A stretch of DNA of 64,000 nucleotides from Gammaproteobacteria bacterium. GTDB lineage: Bacteria; Pseudomonadota; Gammaproteobacteria; Eutrophobiales; Eutrophobiaceae. Position 1 is the stretch's first letter, and every line of letters starts with the position of its first letter. Below are positions 20,555 to 30,731 of this stretch, in pieces. The notes beneath the pieces are model-generated. The model was not told the origin of the DNA. It did not search any database and worked only from the letters and a program-made list of their open reading frames with translations. Position numbers and translations under genes: made by a program. Location: the NCBI GenBank assembly GCA_965221695.1, contig OZ244905.1:1728001-1792000 (forward strand). The letters are read 5' to 3'.

Positions 20555-21175
20555 GTGTCACACCGAGCAAACGCTGTTCTTCCAAGCCCTCTGGCCCATG
20601 ATGACTGGCAATATGTTGAAAAACGTCGCCTGGATGATTATCGGGCGGAAGATTGGGAGATTTTGGACCGTCAGCGTAAACAGTATTACGATGAGCAGAT
20701 GGTGGACCAGATATTACGTATGCTGACCTGCCAGAAAGACGATCAGGGTTATGTATATACGGTGAACAACTACCTTCATTGCCTGCAAACAGCGACCCGT
20801 ATGCTGCGTGACCAACGATCAGAAGAGGACATTGTTGTCGGCCTGTTTCACGATGTCGGATTTATTACCTGTAACCAAACCCATGGGGAGTTTGCCGCCA
20901 CCTTGTTGCGTCCCTATATCTCGGAGCGAAATTACTGGATGCTGGTGCGTCACGCGGTTTTTCAGCAATATCATTTCTACGAACTCGACGGTTGTGATCG
21001 GAACGAACGGGATAAGTGGAAAGGTCATCCCCACTTTGCATGGACAGCGGAATTTGTCGACAAATATGACCAGACGACGATTAACTATGATGAAGAGATA
21101 TTGCCTATCGATGCCTTCGATACGATGGTAAGACGGCTTTTTGCAAAACCGCCGCGTAACATAGTTTACGACTGA
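20555..21175 (+). CDS. HD-domain metalloprotein (PhnZ/TmpB-like diiron group)
   Basis: HCLQTAT, LFHDVG, H.EFAA.LLRPY, H..FQ and YDQ pattern. Confidence 0.75.
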   Translation: MSHRANAVLPSPLAHDDWQYVEKRRLDDYRAEDWEILDRQRKQYYDEQMVDQILRMLTCQKDDQGYVYTVNNYLHCLQTATRMLRDQRSEEDIVVGLFHDVGFITCNQTHGEFAATLLRPYISERNYWMLVRHAVFQQYHFYELDGCDRNERDKWKGHPHFAWTAEFVDKYDQTTINYDEEILPIDAFDTMVRRLFAKPPRNIVYD

Positions 21176-21747
21176 TGAGCGCGTGGATAAAAATGATCCC
21201 TGAAAATGAGGCGGCAGGGGTATTGAAGGAGATGTACGCTGAAGCCATGACGCCGCATGGAACGGTTGATAACGTAATGAAAGTGCATTCGCTGCGACCG
21301 CATACCCTGCACGGCCACGTAACCCTGTACAAAAGCGTGTTGCACCATCCTGATATAACCCTTCCCCTGTGGTTCCTGGAAGTGGTTGCCTCGTATACCA
21401 GTATCAAAAACCACTGTGATTACAGCCTGGCCCACCACTTCATGAACGCACGCAAACTGATCAATGACCCACCGCGCGCCGAAGACATCTATAATGCCCT
21501 CAAGGAAGACCGGCCGGAGGCGGTATTTACCGGGAAAGAACTGGCCTTGCTCCGGTATGCGGCAAAACTGACGACAGGTGTCGCAACCATGACCGAGGAT
21601 GATGTTATAACATTACGCAATGCCGGTTGTGATGACGGTGAAATTCTGGAAGTCAACCAGGTTGTTGCGTATTTCAATTATTCAAACCGGTTACTCAACG
21701 GCCTGGGGGTGACTACAGAAGGAGATGCCATTGGTTACTATAAATAA
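21175..21747 (+). CDS. AhpD/carboxymuconolactone decarboxylase family, peroxidase-related protein
   Basis: E.VA.YTS..N.CDYSLAHH; YFNYSNR...GLG. Confidence 0.8.
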   Translation: MSAWIKMIPENEAAGVLKEMYAEAMTPHGTVDNVMKVHSLRPHTLHGHVTLYKSVLHHPDITLPLWFLEVVASYTSIKNHCDYSLAHHFMNARKLINDPPRAEDIYNALKEDRPEAVFTGKELALLRYAAKLTTGVATMTEDDVITLRNAGCDDGEILEVNQVVAYFNYSNRLLNGLGVTTEGDAIGYYK

Positions 21748-21820
21748 CCCGGTTTAAACATAAATGAACAGCGCCCTGCTTACCCCGTCGGTATGTAGCT
21801 GTTGGCTCAAGGCCAGGTCA

Positions 21821-21990
21821 TGCCTCCGTACCACTCCCATAACAGCGGGAATCCTGTCAAATTCCGTGTCGCCCGGAGGGCAGCCCTTTACCACTCCCGC
21901 GAAAGCGGGAGTCCAGTCAAATGCTGTGTCGCCCAAAGGGCGACCCTTTGTTTCACTGGCTTCCCGTTTGCACAGGAATGGTACGGAGCA
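21821..21990. repeat. REP/dRS3-like cluster: two direct 60-bp units plus one inverted unit
   Basis: CCACTCCCATAACAGCGGGAATCCTG at 21831, CCACTCCCGCGAAAGCGGGAGTCCAG at 21891, each followed by a GTCGCCC-n-GGGC hairpin; inverted unit CTGGCTTCCCG...GGAATGGTACGGAGCA. Confidence 0.75.
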
Positions 21991-22029
21991 TAGGTCAGCC
22001 AATATAATTTGCACAGCAAATTCATAACA

Positions 22030-23064
22030 GTGTATCTGAGAAACACCTGGTATGTCGCTGCGCTGAGCGGTGAAGTCAACCGCAATTTGAAACCCTTGCG
22101 CATTCTCGGCGAGGACATCGTGATTTACCGCACCCAGGCGGGAAAACCTGTGGCCCTGGAGGATGCCTGCCCACATCGCAAACTACCTTTATCGAAAGGC
22201 GTTTTGCAAGAAGATGACGTGCAATGCGGTTATCACGGCCTGACGTTTCATCCTACCGGCAAGTGTGTCGCCGCGCCGACCCAGGACAGGATCCCGCCAT
22301 CAGCGGCAGTACGCAGCTATCCGGCCACCGATAAATGGGGCCTGGTTTGGATCTGGATGGGTAATCCTGCCCTTGTCGATGAGACAAAAATTCTTGAGAT
22401 CGACAACTATGACAACCCGAGCTGGAAGATCACCGCCGGCGATATGTTGGCCTGCCAATGCCACTATTTATACCTTGTCGATAACCTGCTGGATCCATCT
22501 CATGTCGCCTGGGTGCATCAATCGTCTTTTGCTGCGCCGGGCACGGACGTTACCCCGCTGGAAACACAGGAAACCGATAGCGGGTTAATCGTGTCCAGGT
22601 GGATATATGACTGCAAGCCGCCGCCGTTTTATGCGCCGCTGGTTAAATTCAATGGGAACTGCGACCGCTTGCAACATTATGAGGTCCGTTACCCTTCCAT
22701 TGCCATCAACAAGTCGGTATTTTCACCCGCCGGACAGGGAGGCCATGACAAACCTCTGACCGACCACTCTTACGTAATGATTTCTTACAACTTCCTGACG
22801 CCTGTGGATGAGAACGCCACCCGTTACCATTGGCTGCAACACCGCAATACCGATCCCGCTGATGAAGAGGTAACCCGGAATATTGCTGAGGGAGCCAGAA
22901 AAGCATTCCTTGAGGACCGGGAAATCCTCGAAGCCGTGCACAAGGGGATAGCCAATGAAACCAGCCGGCATATCAACCTGGGTCTGGACGCTGGTCCGTT
23001 GAGATTCCGCAGGATGCTGGACAGCATGATCTGCGCGGAACAGGCGGGCACGCCAGCGCAATGA
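22030..23064 (+). CDS. Rieske non-heme iron oxygenase alpha subunit, VanA-like (O/N-demethylase type)
   Basis: LRNTWYVAA, CPHRKLPLS.G...CGYHG, DNLLDPSH..WVH, F.ED. GTG start at 22030. Confidence 0.9.
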   Translation: MYLRNTWYVAALSGEVNRNLKPLRILGEDIVIYRTQAGKPVALEDACPHRKLPLSKGVLQEDDVQCGYHGLTFHPTGKCVAAPTQDRIPPSAAVRSYPATDKWGLVWIWMGNPALVDETKILEIDNYDNPSWKITAGDMLACQCHYLYLVDNLLDPSHVAWVHQSSFAAPGTDVTPLETQETDSGLIVSRWIYDCKPPPFYAPLVKFNGNCDRLQHYEVRYPSIAINKSVFSPAGQGGHDKPLTDHSYVMISYNFLTPVDENATRYHWLQHRNTDPADEEVTRNIAEGARKAFLEDREILEAVHKGIANETSRHINLGLDAGPLRFRRMLDSMICAEQAGTPAQ

Positions 23065-23107
23065 AAACTGCCACAGGCGTGATGAAATAAACAGGGAAAG
23101 ATAAATC

Positions 23108-23830
23108 ATGAAAGTCAATATCGGGAACGCGGTGGGTCCCATATACCAGCGGATTAAATCCCATATCATTGCGCGCATAAAAGATGGCGACTGGCCGCCG
23201 GCGTACCAACTCCCGTCCGAAAACGAGCTGGTCAGCAGTCTCCAGATATCAAGGATGACGATAAACCGCGCATTGCGCGAACTTGCCAATGAAGGTTACC
23301 TGACCCGAATTCCGGGTGTCGGCACCTTCGTTGCGGAGATACACAGCCGCAGTCACTTCCTTGAAATCAATAACATTGCTGATGAAGTCCGGGAACGCAA
23401 ACATGACTATTCCGCGAAAGTCATTCTGAACAGGCGAGACAAGTTGACCAATGAAACCGCTGAACGAATCCAGATGGCGCCTGGCAGCATGGCATTTCAT
23501 TCGATCATCGTGCATGAGGAAAACAATATCCCGATCCAGGTGGAAGACCGTTACGTGAATCCACAAGTTGTCCCCGGTTATAGCGAGGTTGATTTTACCC
23601 GGACCACGCCGACCGAATACCTGTTGAAAACTGCCCCGTTGCAGGAGGTTGAACATACGGTACAGGCGCGTATGCCCGCTGTTAGCATCGGGCAACTGTT
23701 ACAACTGAAAGAAAACGAACCTTGCCTGGTTTTGTTGCGGCGCACCTGGAGTCAGGGGAAAATTGCCTCGATTGCCACACTGTATCACCCCGGAAGCCGG
23801 TATGAACTCAGCGACCATTTCAAGACATGA
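23108..23830 (+). CDS. hutC: Histidine utilization repressor (GntR/UTRA)
   Basis: PSENEL...SRMTINRALREL...R..GVGTFVA, UTRA domain, hut context. Confidence 0.92.
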   Translation: MKVNIGNAVGPIYQRIKSHIIARIKDGDWPPAYQLPSENELVSSLQISRMTINRALRELANEGYLTRIPGVGTFVAEIHSRSHFLEINNIADEVRERKHDYSAKVILNRRDKLTNETAERIQMAPGSMAFHSIIVHEENNIPIQVEDRYVNPQVVPGYSEVDFTRTTPTEYLLKTAPLQEVEHTVQARMPAVSIGQLLQLKENEPCLVLLRRTWSQGKIASIATLYHPGSRYELSDHFKT

Positions 23831-23899
23831 GATTCATTACAGAAACCTCGAAAAATTCCATTCTTCACATTTCCTTATGCAATACCGCATCTGTCAGAA

Positions 23900-25144
23900 A
23901 TGAATAACGGCGAATATATCCTTCCCGGGATGCCGAACCTGCACAGCCATGCTTTTCAACGGGCCATGGCGGGCCAGGCAGAACAGGCAGTTAAAGGCAG
24001 GAATGATTTCTGGTCGTGGCGAAAAAAAATGTACGACTACGCGAAGCGCGTAACTCCCGAGCAATTACACGCTATTACTGCGCAACTGTTTATGGAAATG
24101 CTGAAAAGCGGTTATACGTCGGTGGCCGAATTTCATTACCTGCATCACACCGGACAACGCCGGCCCGGCGCGCCGTCGACGGAAATGGCGGATGCGGTTA
24201 TCGCTGCAGCCGAGGAGACCGGCATAGGTTTGACTCTGCTGCCGGTACTATACATGACGGCTGATTTTGACCGGCCGGACCCCCTACCGGAACAGGCCAG
24301 GTTTATCAATGACACAGACAGCTTTGTTTCCTTGTTCGCTTCCCTGAGAAGCAAGCAAAGTGGCAACATGAAGACCGGCGTGGCCTTTCACAGCCTGCGC
24401 GCGGCGCCTGAGCAGAGTTTACATGAAGTTCTGAGGCTGCTCGCCGAGGAGAATATCGACTGTCCAATCCACATCCATATCGCAGAAACGCTGGGGGAAG
24501 TCGAGGCCTGCAGGAGGTTTTATGGCCTGACCCCGGTACAGTGGTTGTTTGAAAATATCGATATCGACCGCCGCTGGTGCCTGGTTCATGCTACCCACCT
24601 GTCGGATTGGGAGCTTAAACGGTTGGCCTCGAGCGATTGTGTTGTCGGGTTGTGTCCTACCACTGAAGCCAACCTGGGAGATGGGATTTTCAGGTTCGAG
24701 GAATTTTTATCGAATGATGGAAAATTCGGCATCGGTTCGGACAGCAACATCTCCGTCAGCCCTGTTGAAGAGCTGAGGTGGCTGGAATACGGTCAGCGTC
24801 TCATCACACACAGGAGGAACGTCAGCGTATCCGGCGCTGAATCCCATGTGGGAAATTTTCTCTGGGACAGCGCTGTGCGCGGCGGTGGCCGGGCGCTCGA
24901 TCTCGGAAGCGGCAATCATCACGCGGCGCAGCAATCAGATGTAATCGTACTTAACCGGGAACACCCGTTACTTTATCGCAAATCCGAGTGTGACATGCTT
25001 GATTCATTCGTGTTCAGTGGCAACGACAATCCAATCAGGGACGTGATGGCCGGCGGTAAGTGGGTTGTCAGGGACGGTGTTCATTTCCATGAGCAGGAAA
25101 TTACTGCGCGCTACAAAAAAACCATCAGGGCTATGAACGAATAA
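23900..25144 (+). CDS. hutF: Formimidoylglutamate deiminase (N-terminally short)
   Basis: LPGMPNLHSHAFQRAMAG, EFHYLHH, HSLRA, HIHIAE, CPTTEANLGDG, GSDSN. Confidence 0.92.
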   Translation: MNNGEYILPGMPNLHSHAFQRAMAGQAEQAVKGRNDFWSWRKKMYDYAKRVTPEQLHAITAQLFMEMLKSGYTSVAEFHYLHHTGQRRPGAPSTEMADAVIAAAEETGIGLTLLPVLYMTADFDRPDPLPEQARFINDTDSFVSLFASLRSKQSGNMKTGVAFHSLRAAPEQSLHEVLRLLAEENIDCPIHIHIAETLGEVEACRRFYGLTPVQWLFENIDIDRRWCLVHATHLSDWELKRLASSDCVVGLCPTTEANLGDGIFRFEEFLSNDGKFGIGSDSNISVSPVEELRWLEYGQRLITHRRNVSVSGAESHVGNFLWDSAVRGGGRALDLGSGNHHAAQQSDVIVLNREHPLLYRKSECDMLDSFVFSGNDNPIRDVMAGGKWVVRDGVHFHEQEITARYKKTIRAMNE

Positions 25145-25201
25145 CAGCCCGTCATGACAAAACCGGACGGAATTCAATACCTTCAGGTTGCGTTATTCTA
25201 A

Positions 25202-25352
25202 GGAAACTCTGACTTAGTCAGAGCTTCCTGCGATACAGGGATGTATCGACAAAATCAGTGACGAAAAGTCATTGATTTTGAGAGCAAAACAAAAATCGCA
25301 TTTTTGTTTTGCGTGCTCTGACAAGTCCAGGATGGACTTGTTCAGAGCTTCC
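25202..25352. mobile_element. 151-bp MITE-like multi-hairpin element, copy B, with CTAA duplication
   Basis: ctaa|GGAAACTCTGA...TCAGAGCTTCC|ctaa; its right end supplies the last codons and stop of hutI. Confidence 0.9.
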
Positions 25353-26580
25353 CTAACTGAATTCTGCCATTCTTGATAATGTGCAGGCAAGGATTGCTGC
25401 CAACCATGTACGCCAGTTCTGCTGGATGTTCGATATCCCAGACGACAAAATCAGCCCTTTTTCCGGATTCCAGCGTCCCCCTGTCATCATGCAAACCCAA
25501 GGCCCGTGCGGCGTTGCGCGTGACTCCCGCGAGGGCCTCCTCTATGGTAAGAGAGAATAACGTGCAGGCCATATTCAGTATCAGTAATAATGACAGTACC
25601 GGTGATGAACCCGGGTTGGCATCTGTCGCGATAGCGATTGGCACCTGATAATGGCGCAACAGTTCGACGGCCGGTTTCCTCGTTTCCTTCAGTATATAAA
25701 ATGCCCCGGGAAGCAGGACTGCAACGACGCCTGAACGGGCAAGCGCAGCGACGCCGGCTTCCGATGTATATTCAAGATGGTCAGCAGACAAAGCCTGATA
25801 ACGCGCCGCCAGAGCCGCACCGTTCAGGTCTGATAATTGATCAGCGTGTAGTTTTATATCCATGCCCAGATCCTTCGCCCTGTCGAAGATCGGCTCAATT
25901 TCTTCCGGGCTGAAAGCTATGGTCTCGCAAAAACCGTCTACCGCATCGGCCAGGTTTTCCCGGGAAACCTGCGGCAACATTTTATCGGCAACAAGCCGGA
26001 CATAGGCGGCGCGATCCGAAGCGTACTCAGGAGGCAGCGCATGAGCGCCCAGGAATGTGGTTTTTACGTCCAACTGAGGGTCCTCGTCTCCGAGCAGCCT
26101 CGCCACCCGCAACATCTTTAACTCGGTTTCAACATTCAGACCGTAGCCCGACTTGATTTCGATTGTCGTGATGCCTTCGCGTTTTAGCGCTGCGGCCCGC
26201 TTTTTCGTTGCAGCCAGCAAGTCTTTTTCTGATGCATTGCGCGTGGCGTTGACCGTAGACAGTATACCGCCGCCCGCCTGTTGTAATTCCTGATAGGTGG
26301 CGCCCTTGAGCCGGAGTTCAAATTCCCTGGCGCGGTTGCCCCCATAGACAAGATGGGTATGGCAGTCGATCAGGCCGGGCGTGATGCAGCGTCTTCTTGC
26401 ATCAATCAGTTCGGGGGTTGTGGTGTGGGCATCTATGGGCAGCTCTTCCATCGGGCCCACCCAGCTTATGCGGTCGCCGGTGACGGCAATAGCCCCATTT
26501 TCGAGCATGCCGTACTCGGCTTTTCCCGTTGTCATGGTAGCCAGCCGGGCATTGACCCACAGGCAATCCCAATCATTCAT
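25342..26580 (-). CDS. hutI: Imidazolonepropionase
   Basis: TPGLIDCHTHLV, GGGILSTV, EIKSGYGL, HADQL, SADHLE, ATDANPGSSP. Confidence 0.96.
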   Translation of the reverse strand: MNDWDCLWVNARLATMTTGKAEYGMLENGAIAVTGDRISWVGPMEELPIDAHTTTPELIDARRRCITPGLIDCHTHLVYGGNRAREFELRLKGATYQELQQAGGGILSTVNATRNASEKDLLAATKKRAAALKREGITTIEIKSGYGLNVETELKMLRVARLLGDEDPQLDVKTTFLGAHALPPEYASDRAAYVRLVADKMLPQVSRENLADAVDGFCETIAFSPEEIEPIFDRAKDLGMDIKLHADQLSDLNGAALAARYQALSADHLEYTSEAGVAALARSGVVAVLLPGAFYILKETRKPAVELLRHYQVPIAIATDANPGSSPVLSLLLILNMACTLFSLTIEEALAGVTRNAARALGLHDDRGTLESGKRADFVVWDIEHPAELAYMVGSNPCLHIIKNGRIQLGKL

Positions 26581-26628
26581 TGATATTAACCGATCGGTGT
26601 TTCATATTTGCAGCAATTGTATTATTAT

Positions 26629-26656
26629 TGTATATATGTATGTAATTGTATATACA
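26629..26656. promoter_or_regulatory. HutC operator(s) between divergent hutI and hutU
   Basis: Perfect TGTATATACA at 26647-26656 (TGTA-N2-TACA) and a weaker TGTATATATG at 26629-26638. Confidence 0.75.
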
Positions 26657-26709
26657 TTATAGCAAAACAGAAGCAACTCTTGCCCTGTTGGTTTTTTCGG
26701 AGGAAGAAA

Positions 26710-28410
26710 ATGGACATGAACAGCGCTGGTCAGGCCAGCGAGACAAAACGCCGATCACGCGTAATTCGTGCGCCCCGCGGCCCGGAACTCTCGGCAAAAT
26801 GCTGGCAGACCGAAGCGCCGCTGAGAATGATTATGAATAACCTGGATCCGGATGTGGCCGAACGCCCGGAAGACCTGGTTGTATATGGAGGCATCGGTAA
26901 AGCAGCCCGTAACTGGGCCTGTTTTGACAGGATCATCGATACATTGAGGGAACTTAACCGGGACGAGACCCTTCTGATCCAGTCTGGCAAGCCGGTCGGT
27001 GTGGTCAAAACCCATGCCGATGCGCCGCGGGTGCTGATCGCCAACTCCAACCTGGTGCCGGCCTGGGCCAACTGGGATCACTTCAATGAACTGGACCGCA
27101 AGGGACTGATGATGTTCGGGCAAATGACGGCCGGGTCCTGGATCTATATCGCCAGCCAGGGAATTGTCCAGGGCACTTACGAAACCTTCGTGGAAATGGG
27201 AAGGCAACACTATAACGGTGAACTAAAGGGAAAGTGGATACTGTCTGCGGGCCTGGGTGGAATGGGCGGCGCGCAGCCGCTTGCCGCCGTCATGGCCGGC
27301 GCCTCGATTTGTGTTGTCGAATGCCAGGAAAGCCGAATCGACTTCAGGTTGCGCACCGGCTATCTCGATAAAAAGGCGACGACCCTTAAGGAGACAATGG
27401 ATATTCTGAAATACGCAGTTCACAAAGGCCGGGCAGTGTCTGTCGGCCTGGTGGGTAACGCTGCCGAGATCCTACCTGAAATGGTCAAACAGGGCATCCG
27501 GCCGGATGCCGTAACCGACCAGACCTCCGCGCATGATCCGGTGAACGGATACCTGCCCATTGGCTGGTCGGTTGATGACTGGGAAACTCGACGACGCAGT
27601 GACCCAGCCAGGGTGGCAACCGAGGCCAAACGGTCCATAGCCGCACATGTCAAAGCCATGCTGGAGTTCCGAAAATACGGTATTCCCGTATTCGATTACG
27701 GAAACAACATCCGCCAAGTGGCAAAAGATGAAGGTGTTGATAACGCGTTTGACTTCCCGGGGTTCGTGCCGGCCTATATCCGGCCGTTATTTTGCCGGGG
27801 TGTGGGGCCATTCCGCTGGGTCGCCCTGTCCGGCGACCCGGATGATATTTTCAAGACTGATCGAAAGGTCAGGGAACTCATTCCGGATGATCGGCGCTTG
27901 CATAGTTGGCTTGAAATGGCGCAGCAACGCATTCAGTTCCAGGGACTGCCGGCCCGCATCTGCTGGGTTGGTCTGGGACAGCGGCATCGGCTCGGTCTTG
28001 CATTTAATGAAATGGTAAAAACCGGGGAGCTGGCCGGTCCGATTGTCATCGGCCGGGATCACCTGGATTCCGGTTCTGTCGCCAGTCCCAACCGGGAAAC
28101 CGAGGCCATGAGAGACGGCTCCGATGCCGTTGCCGACTGGCCGTTGTTGAATGCCCTGGTGAACACCGCGAGCGGGGCCACCTGGGTATCGATACATCAT
28201 GGCGGCGGCGTGGGCATGGGCTATTCGATTCACGCCGGTCTGGTTGTAGTCTGTGACGGTACCGACGACGCCGCGCAACGTATCGAACGGGTGTTATGGA
28301 ATGACCCGGCCAGCGGCGTCATCCGGCATGCCGACGCCGGTTACGGAATGGCGATCGATTGTGCGAAACAACACGGGTTGTCATTACCTATGCTCGGGCA
28401 TGCGACATAG
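26710..28410 (+). CDS. hutU: Urocanate hydratase
   Basis: [59 protein letters not shown]. Confidence 0.97.
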   Translation: MDMNSAGQASETKRRSRVIRAPRGPELSAKCWQTEAPLRMIMNNLDPDVAERPEDLVVYGGIGKAARNWACFDRIIDTLRELNRDETLLIQSGKPVGVVKTHADAPRVLIANSNLVPAWANWDHFNELDRKGLMMFGQMTAGSWIYIASQGIVQGTYETFVEMGRQHYNGELKGKWILSAGLGGMGGAQPLAAVMAGASICVVECQESRIDFRLRTGYLDKKATTLKETMDILKYAVHKGRAVSVGLVGNAAEILPEMVKQGIRPDAVTDQTSAHDPVNGYLPIGWSVDDWETRRRSDPARVATEAKRSIAAHVKAMLEFRKYGIPVFDYGNNIRQVAKDEGVDNAFDFPGFVPAYIRPLFCRGVGPFRWVALSGDPDDIFKTDRKVRELIPDDRRLHSWLEMAQQRIQFQGLPARICWVGLGQRHRLGLAFNEMVKTGELAGPIVIGRDHLDSGSVASPNRETEAMRDGSDAVADWPLLNALVNTASGATWVSIHHGGGVGMGYSIHAGLVVVCDGTDDAAQRIERVLWNDPASGVIRHADAGYGMAIDCAKQHGLSLPMLGHAT

Positions 28411-29949
28411 ATGGATAAACTGAAACTTGATCCTGGGGCAGGCAACACACCGTTATCGCTGTTGAGAAGCATTGCTTCCAACCCGGCTGAGGTGGAACTG
28501 CGAAGTTCAACCTATAAAGCCATAGACAGGTCAAGCAAAACGGTTGCAGATTTATGCGCATCTGACCTGGCGGTCTACGGCATTAACACAGGATTCGGAA
28601 AACTGTCCCAAACTCCGATAAGCGCCGACAAACTGGCCGTTCTTCAACATAACCTGTTGCTGTCGCACAGCGCCGGGACGGGACCGTTACTGGGTGATAA
28701 TATTGTGCGTCTGATCATGCTGTTGAAGGTCCTTGGTCTGGCCAGGGGTTATTCGGGAGTGCGTCGTCAGGTCATCGATGCGCTGGTGGCATTGATTAAC
28801 CATCAAGTGTATCCGTGCATTCCCGAAAAAGGTTCGGTCGGGGCATCGGGAGACCTGGCTCCGCTGGCCCATTTGGGCACTGCATTAACCGGCACAGGTG
28901 AAATGCGCCACAAGGATGTAACTGTCAGCGCGTTGGACGGACTCAGCCTCGCGGGTCTGTCTCCGCTGACACTGGCGCCCAAGGAAGGACTTGCCCTGAT
29001 TAACGGGACGCAGGCGTCTACCGCGATTGCGCTCTATCATTTCTTTGAAATTGAAAACCTGTTTGCCGCCGCAATGGTAACCGGTTCGCTTTCAGTTGAT
29101 GCAATGAAAGGGAGTGATACGCCCTTCGACCCCCGCATCCATGAATTACGCGGTCACCAGGGTCAGATCGATGTCGCAAAAATCTATACCAGGCTGTTGT
29201 CAGGCAGCGAAATACGCGCATCACACGTAAATTGTGAAAAAGTGCAGGATCCCTATTCACTTCGCTGCCAGCCCCAAGTAATGGGCGCGGTTCTGGACAA
29301 CATGAGATTCGCGGCCGGCGTGCTGCAGACAGAGGCAAATGCTGTCACCGATAACCCGTTGATTTTCGGCGATACCGGCGAAGCACTGTCGGGTGGGAAT
29401 TTTCATGCCGAACCCGTCGCGCTTGTCGCTGACTTGCTGGCTATTGCCGCCGCGGAGATCGGCGCCATCACGGAGCGAAGAATTGCCAACCTGGTTGACC
29501 CGGCGCTGAGCTTGCTGCCGGCGTTTCTGGTCGATGAACCGGGCCTGAACTCGGGCTTCATGGCCGCACAGGTAACCGCTTCAGCGCTTGCGTCGGAAAA
29601 CAAGACGCTGGCGCATCCGGCCAGCGTGGACAGCCTGCCAACCTCGGCCAACCAGGAGGACCATGTATCGATGGCGACGTTTGCCGCCAGAAAACTGGCT
29701 GGCATTTCCGATAATATTGCCGGGATCGTCGCGATTGAATTTCTGGCGAGCGCGCAGGCGATCGAGTTTCACAGCCCCTGGAAAACCTCTGAACCGCTTC
29801 AGTCAGCAGTATCCAAACTCAGGGCGAGAGTCCCTCGTTACCGCGCGGATCGCTATTTTTCACCGGATATAAAAGCGGCCAAAAAAATTATCACCTCTCG
29901 GGATTTCGCAGATAACATCATTGATATCATGCCGAGCTATGCCGGATAG
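28411..29949 (+). CDS. hutH: Histidine ammonia-lyase
   Basis: YGINTGFG, MIO-forming GASGD, QDPYSLRC, GGNFH, NQEDHVSM. Confidence 0.96.
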   Translation: MDKLKLDPGAGNTPLSLLRSIASNPAEVELRSSTYKAIDRSSKTVADLCASDLAVYGINTGFGKLSQTPISADKLAVLQHNLLLSHSAGTGPLLGDNIVRLIMLLKVLGLARGYSGVRRQVIDALVALINHQVYPCIPEKGSVGASGDLAPLAHLGTALTGTGEMRHKDVTVSALDGLSLAGLSPLTLAPKEGLALINGTQASTAIALYHFFEIENLFAAAMVTGSLSVDAMKGSDTPFDPRIHELRGHQGQIDVAKIYTRLLSGSEIRASHVNCEKVQDPYSLRCQPQVMGAVLDNMRFAAGVLQTEANAVTDNPLIFGDTGEALSGGNFHAEPVALVADLLAIAAAEIGAITERRIANLVDPALSLLPAFLVDEPGLNSGFMAAQVTASALASENKTLAHPASVDSLPTSANQEDHVSMATFAARKLAGISDNIAGIVAIEFLASAQAIEFHSPWKTSEPLQSAVSKLRARVPRYRADRYFSPDIKAAKKIITSRDFADNIIDIMPSYAG

Positions 29950-30718
29950 TTTTGAGTATCGCCGGGGGGATGGTCCGATACTTGTCAGCTTTCCCCATGA
30001 TGGCACGGATTTCCCCACCCATATAAAACCTGCGCTAAACGAGATTGGCCTGAAAAACACGGATTGTGACTGGTACATATACGATCTGTATAACAGGATT
30101 CTGGTGCCGGAGAACAGCTACATCAGGGCAAGATATTCCCGCTATGTCGCCGATTTGAATCGCTCGCCGGACGGTGAATTGTTGTATCCCGGTAACATGG
30201 AGACGGGAATTTGCCCGCTGACGACCTTTGACCGGATTCCAATCTATCTGCCCGGGAAACAACCCGATGCGCTGGAAATACGGGAGCGAATAAAGAGCTA
30301 CTGGCATCCGTATCACAACCACATTCAGGCGGAATTAAATCGTATCAAGGACAAGCATGGCTATGCGATTCTTTGGGATGCCCACTCCATTCGCGGAAAA
30401 GCGCCGCAATTGTTTGATGGCGTATTGCCTGATTTGAATTTCGGCACAGATGAAGGCCGTTCATGCGACAAGGAAATCATCGCACCCATTATTGAATATG
30501 CCTCCAATTCATCTGATTACAGTATAACGCTAAACGGACGATTTAAAGGTGGATACATTACCCGGCGCTACGGTGACCCCAAGAATTCTATTCACGCGAT
30601 CCAACTGGAAATCAACCAGAGCAACTATCTTGAAGACTCGAAAGAAGCGATAAAAGACGACAAAAAGATACAACAGCTATCCCGATTGTTACACTCCATG
30701 TTTCGATTACTCAGGTAG
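29939..30718 (+). CDS. hutG: N-formylglutamate deformylase/amidohydrolase
   Basis: SFPHDG, SRYVADLNR, YWHPYH, DAHSIR, NGRFKGGYITR, HAIQLEI. Confidence 0.92.
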   Translation: MPDSFEYRRGDGPILVSFPHDGTDFPTHIKPALNEIGLKNTDCDWYIYDLYNRILVPENSYIRARYSRYVADLNRSPDGELLYPGNMETGICPLTTFDRIPIYLPGKQPDALEIRERIKSYWHPYHNHIQAELNRIKDKHGYAILWDAHSIRGKAPQLFDGVLPDLNFGTDEGRSCDKEIIAPIIEYASNSSDYSITLNGRFKGGYITRRYGDPKNSIHAIQLEINQSNYLEDSKEAIKDDKKIQQLSRLLHSMFRLLR

Positions 30719-30731
30719 TCTGACACAATAA

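Noticed and set aside
21821-21990. Palindromic repeats as a mini-CRISPR
   Set aside because: Only two direct units with similar intervening DNA and one inverted unit; this matches REP/BIME organisation.
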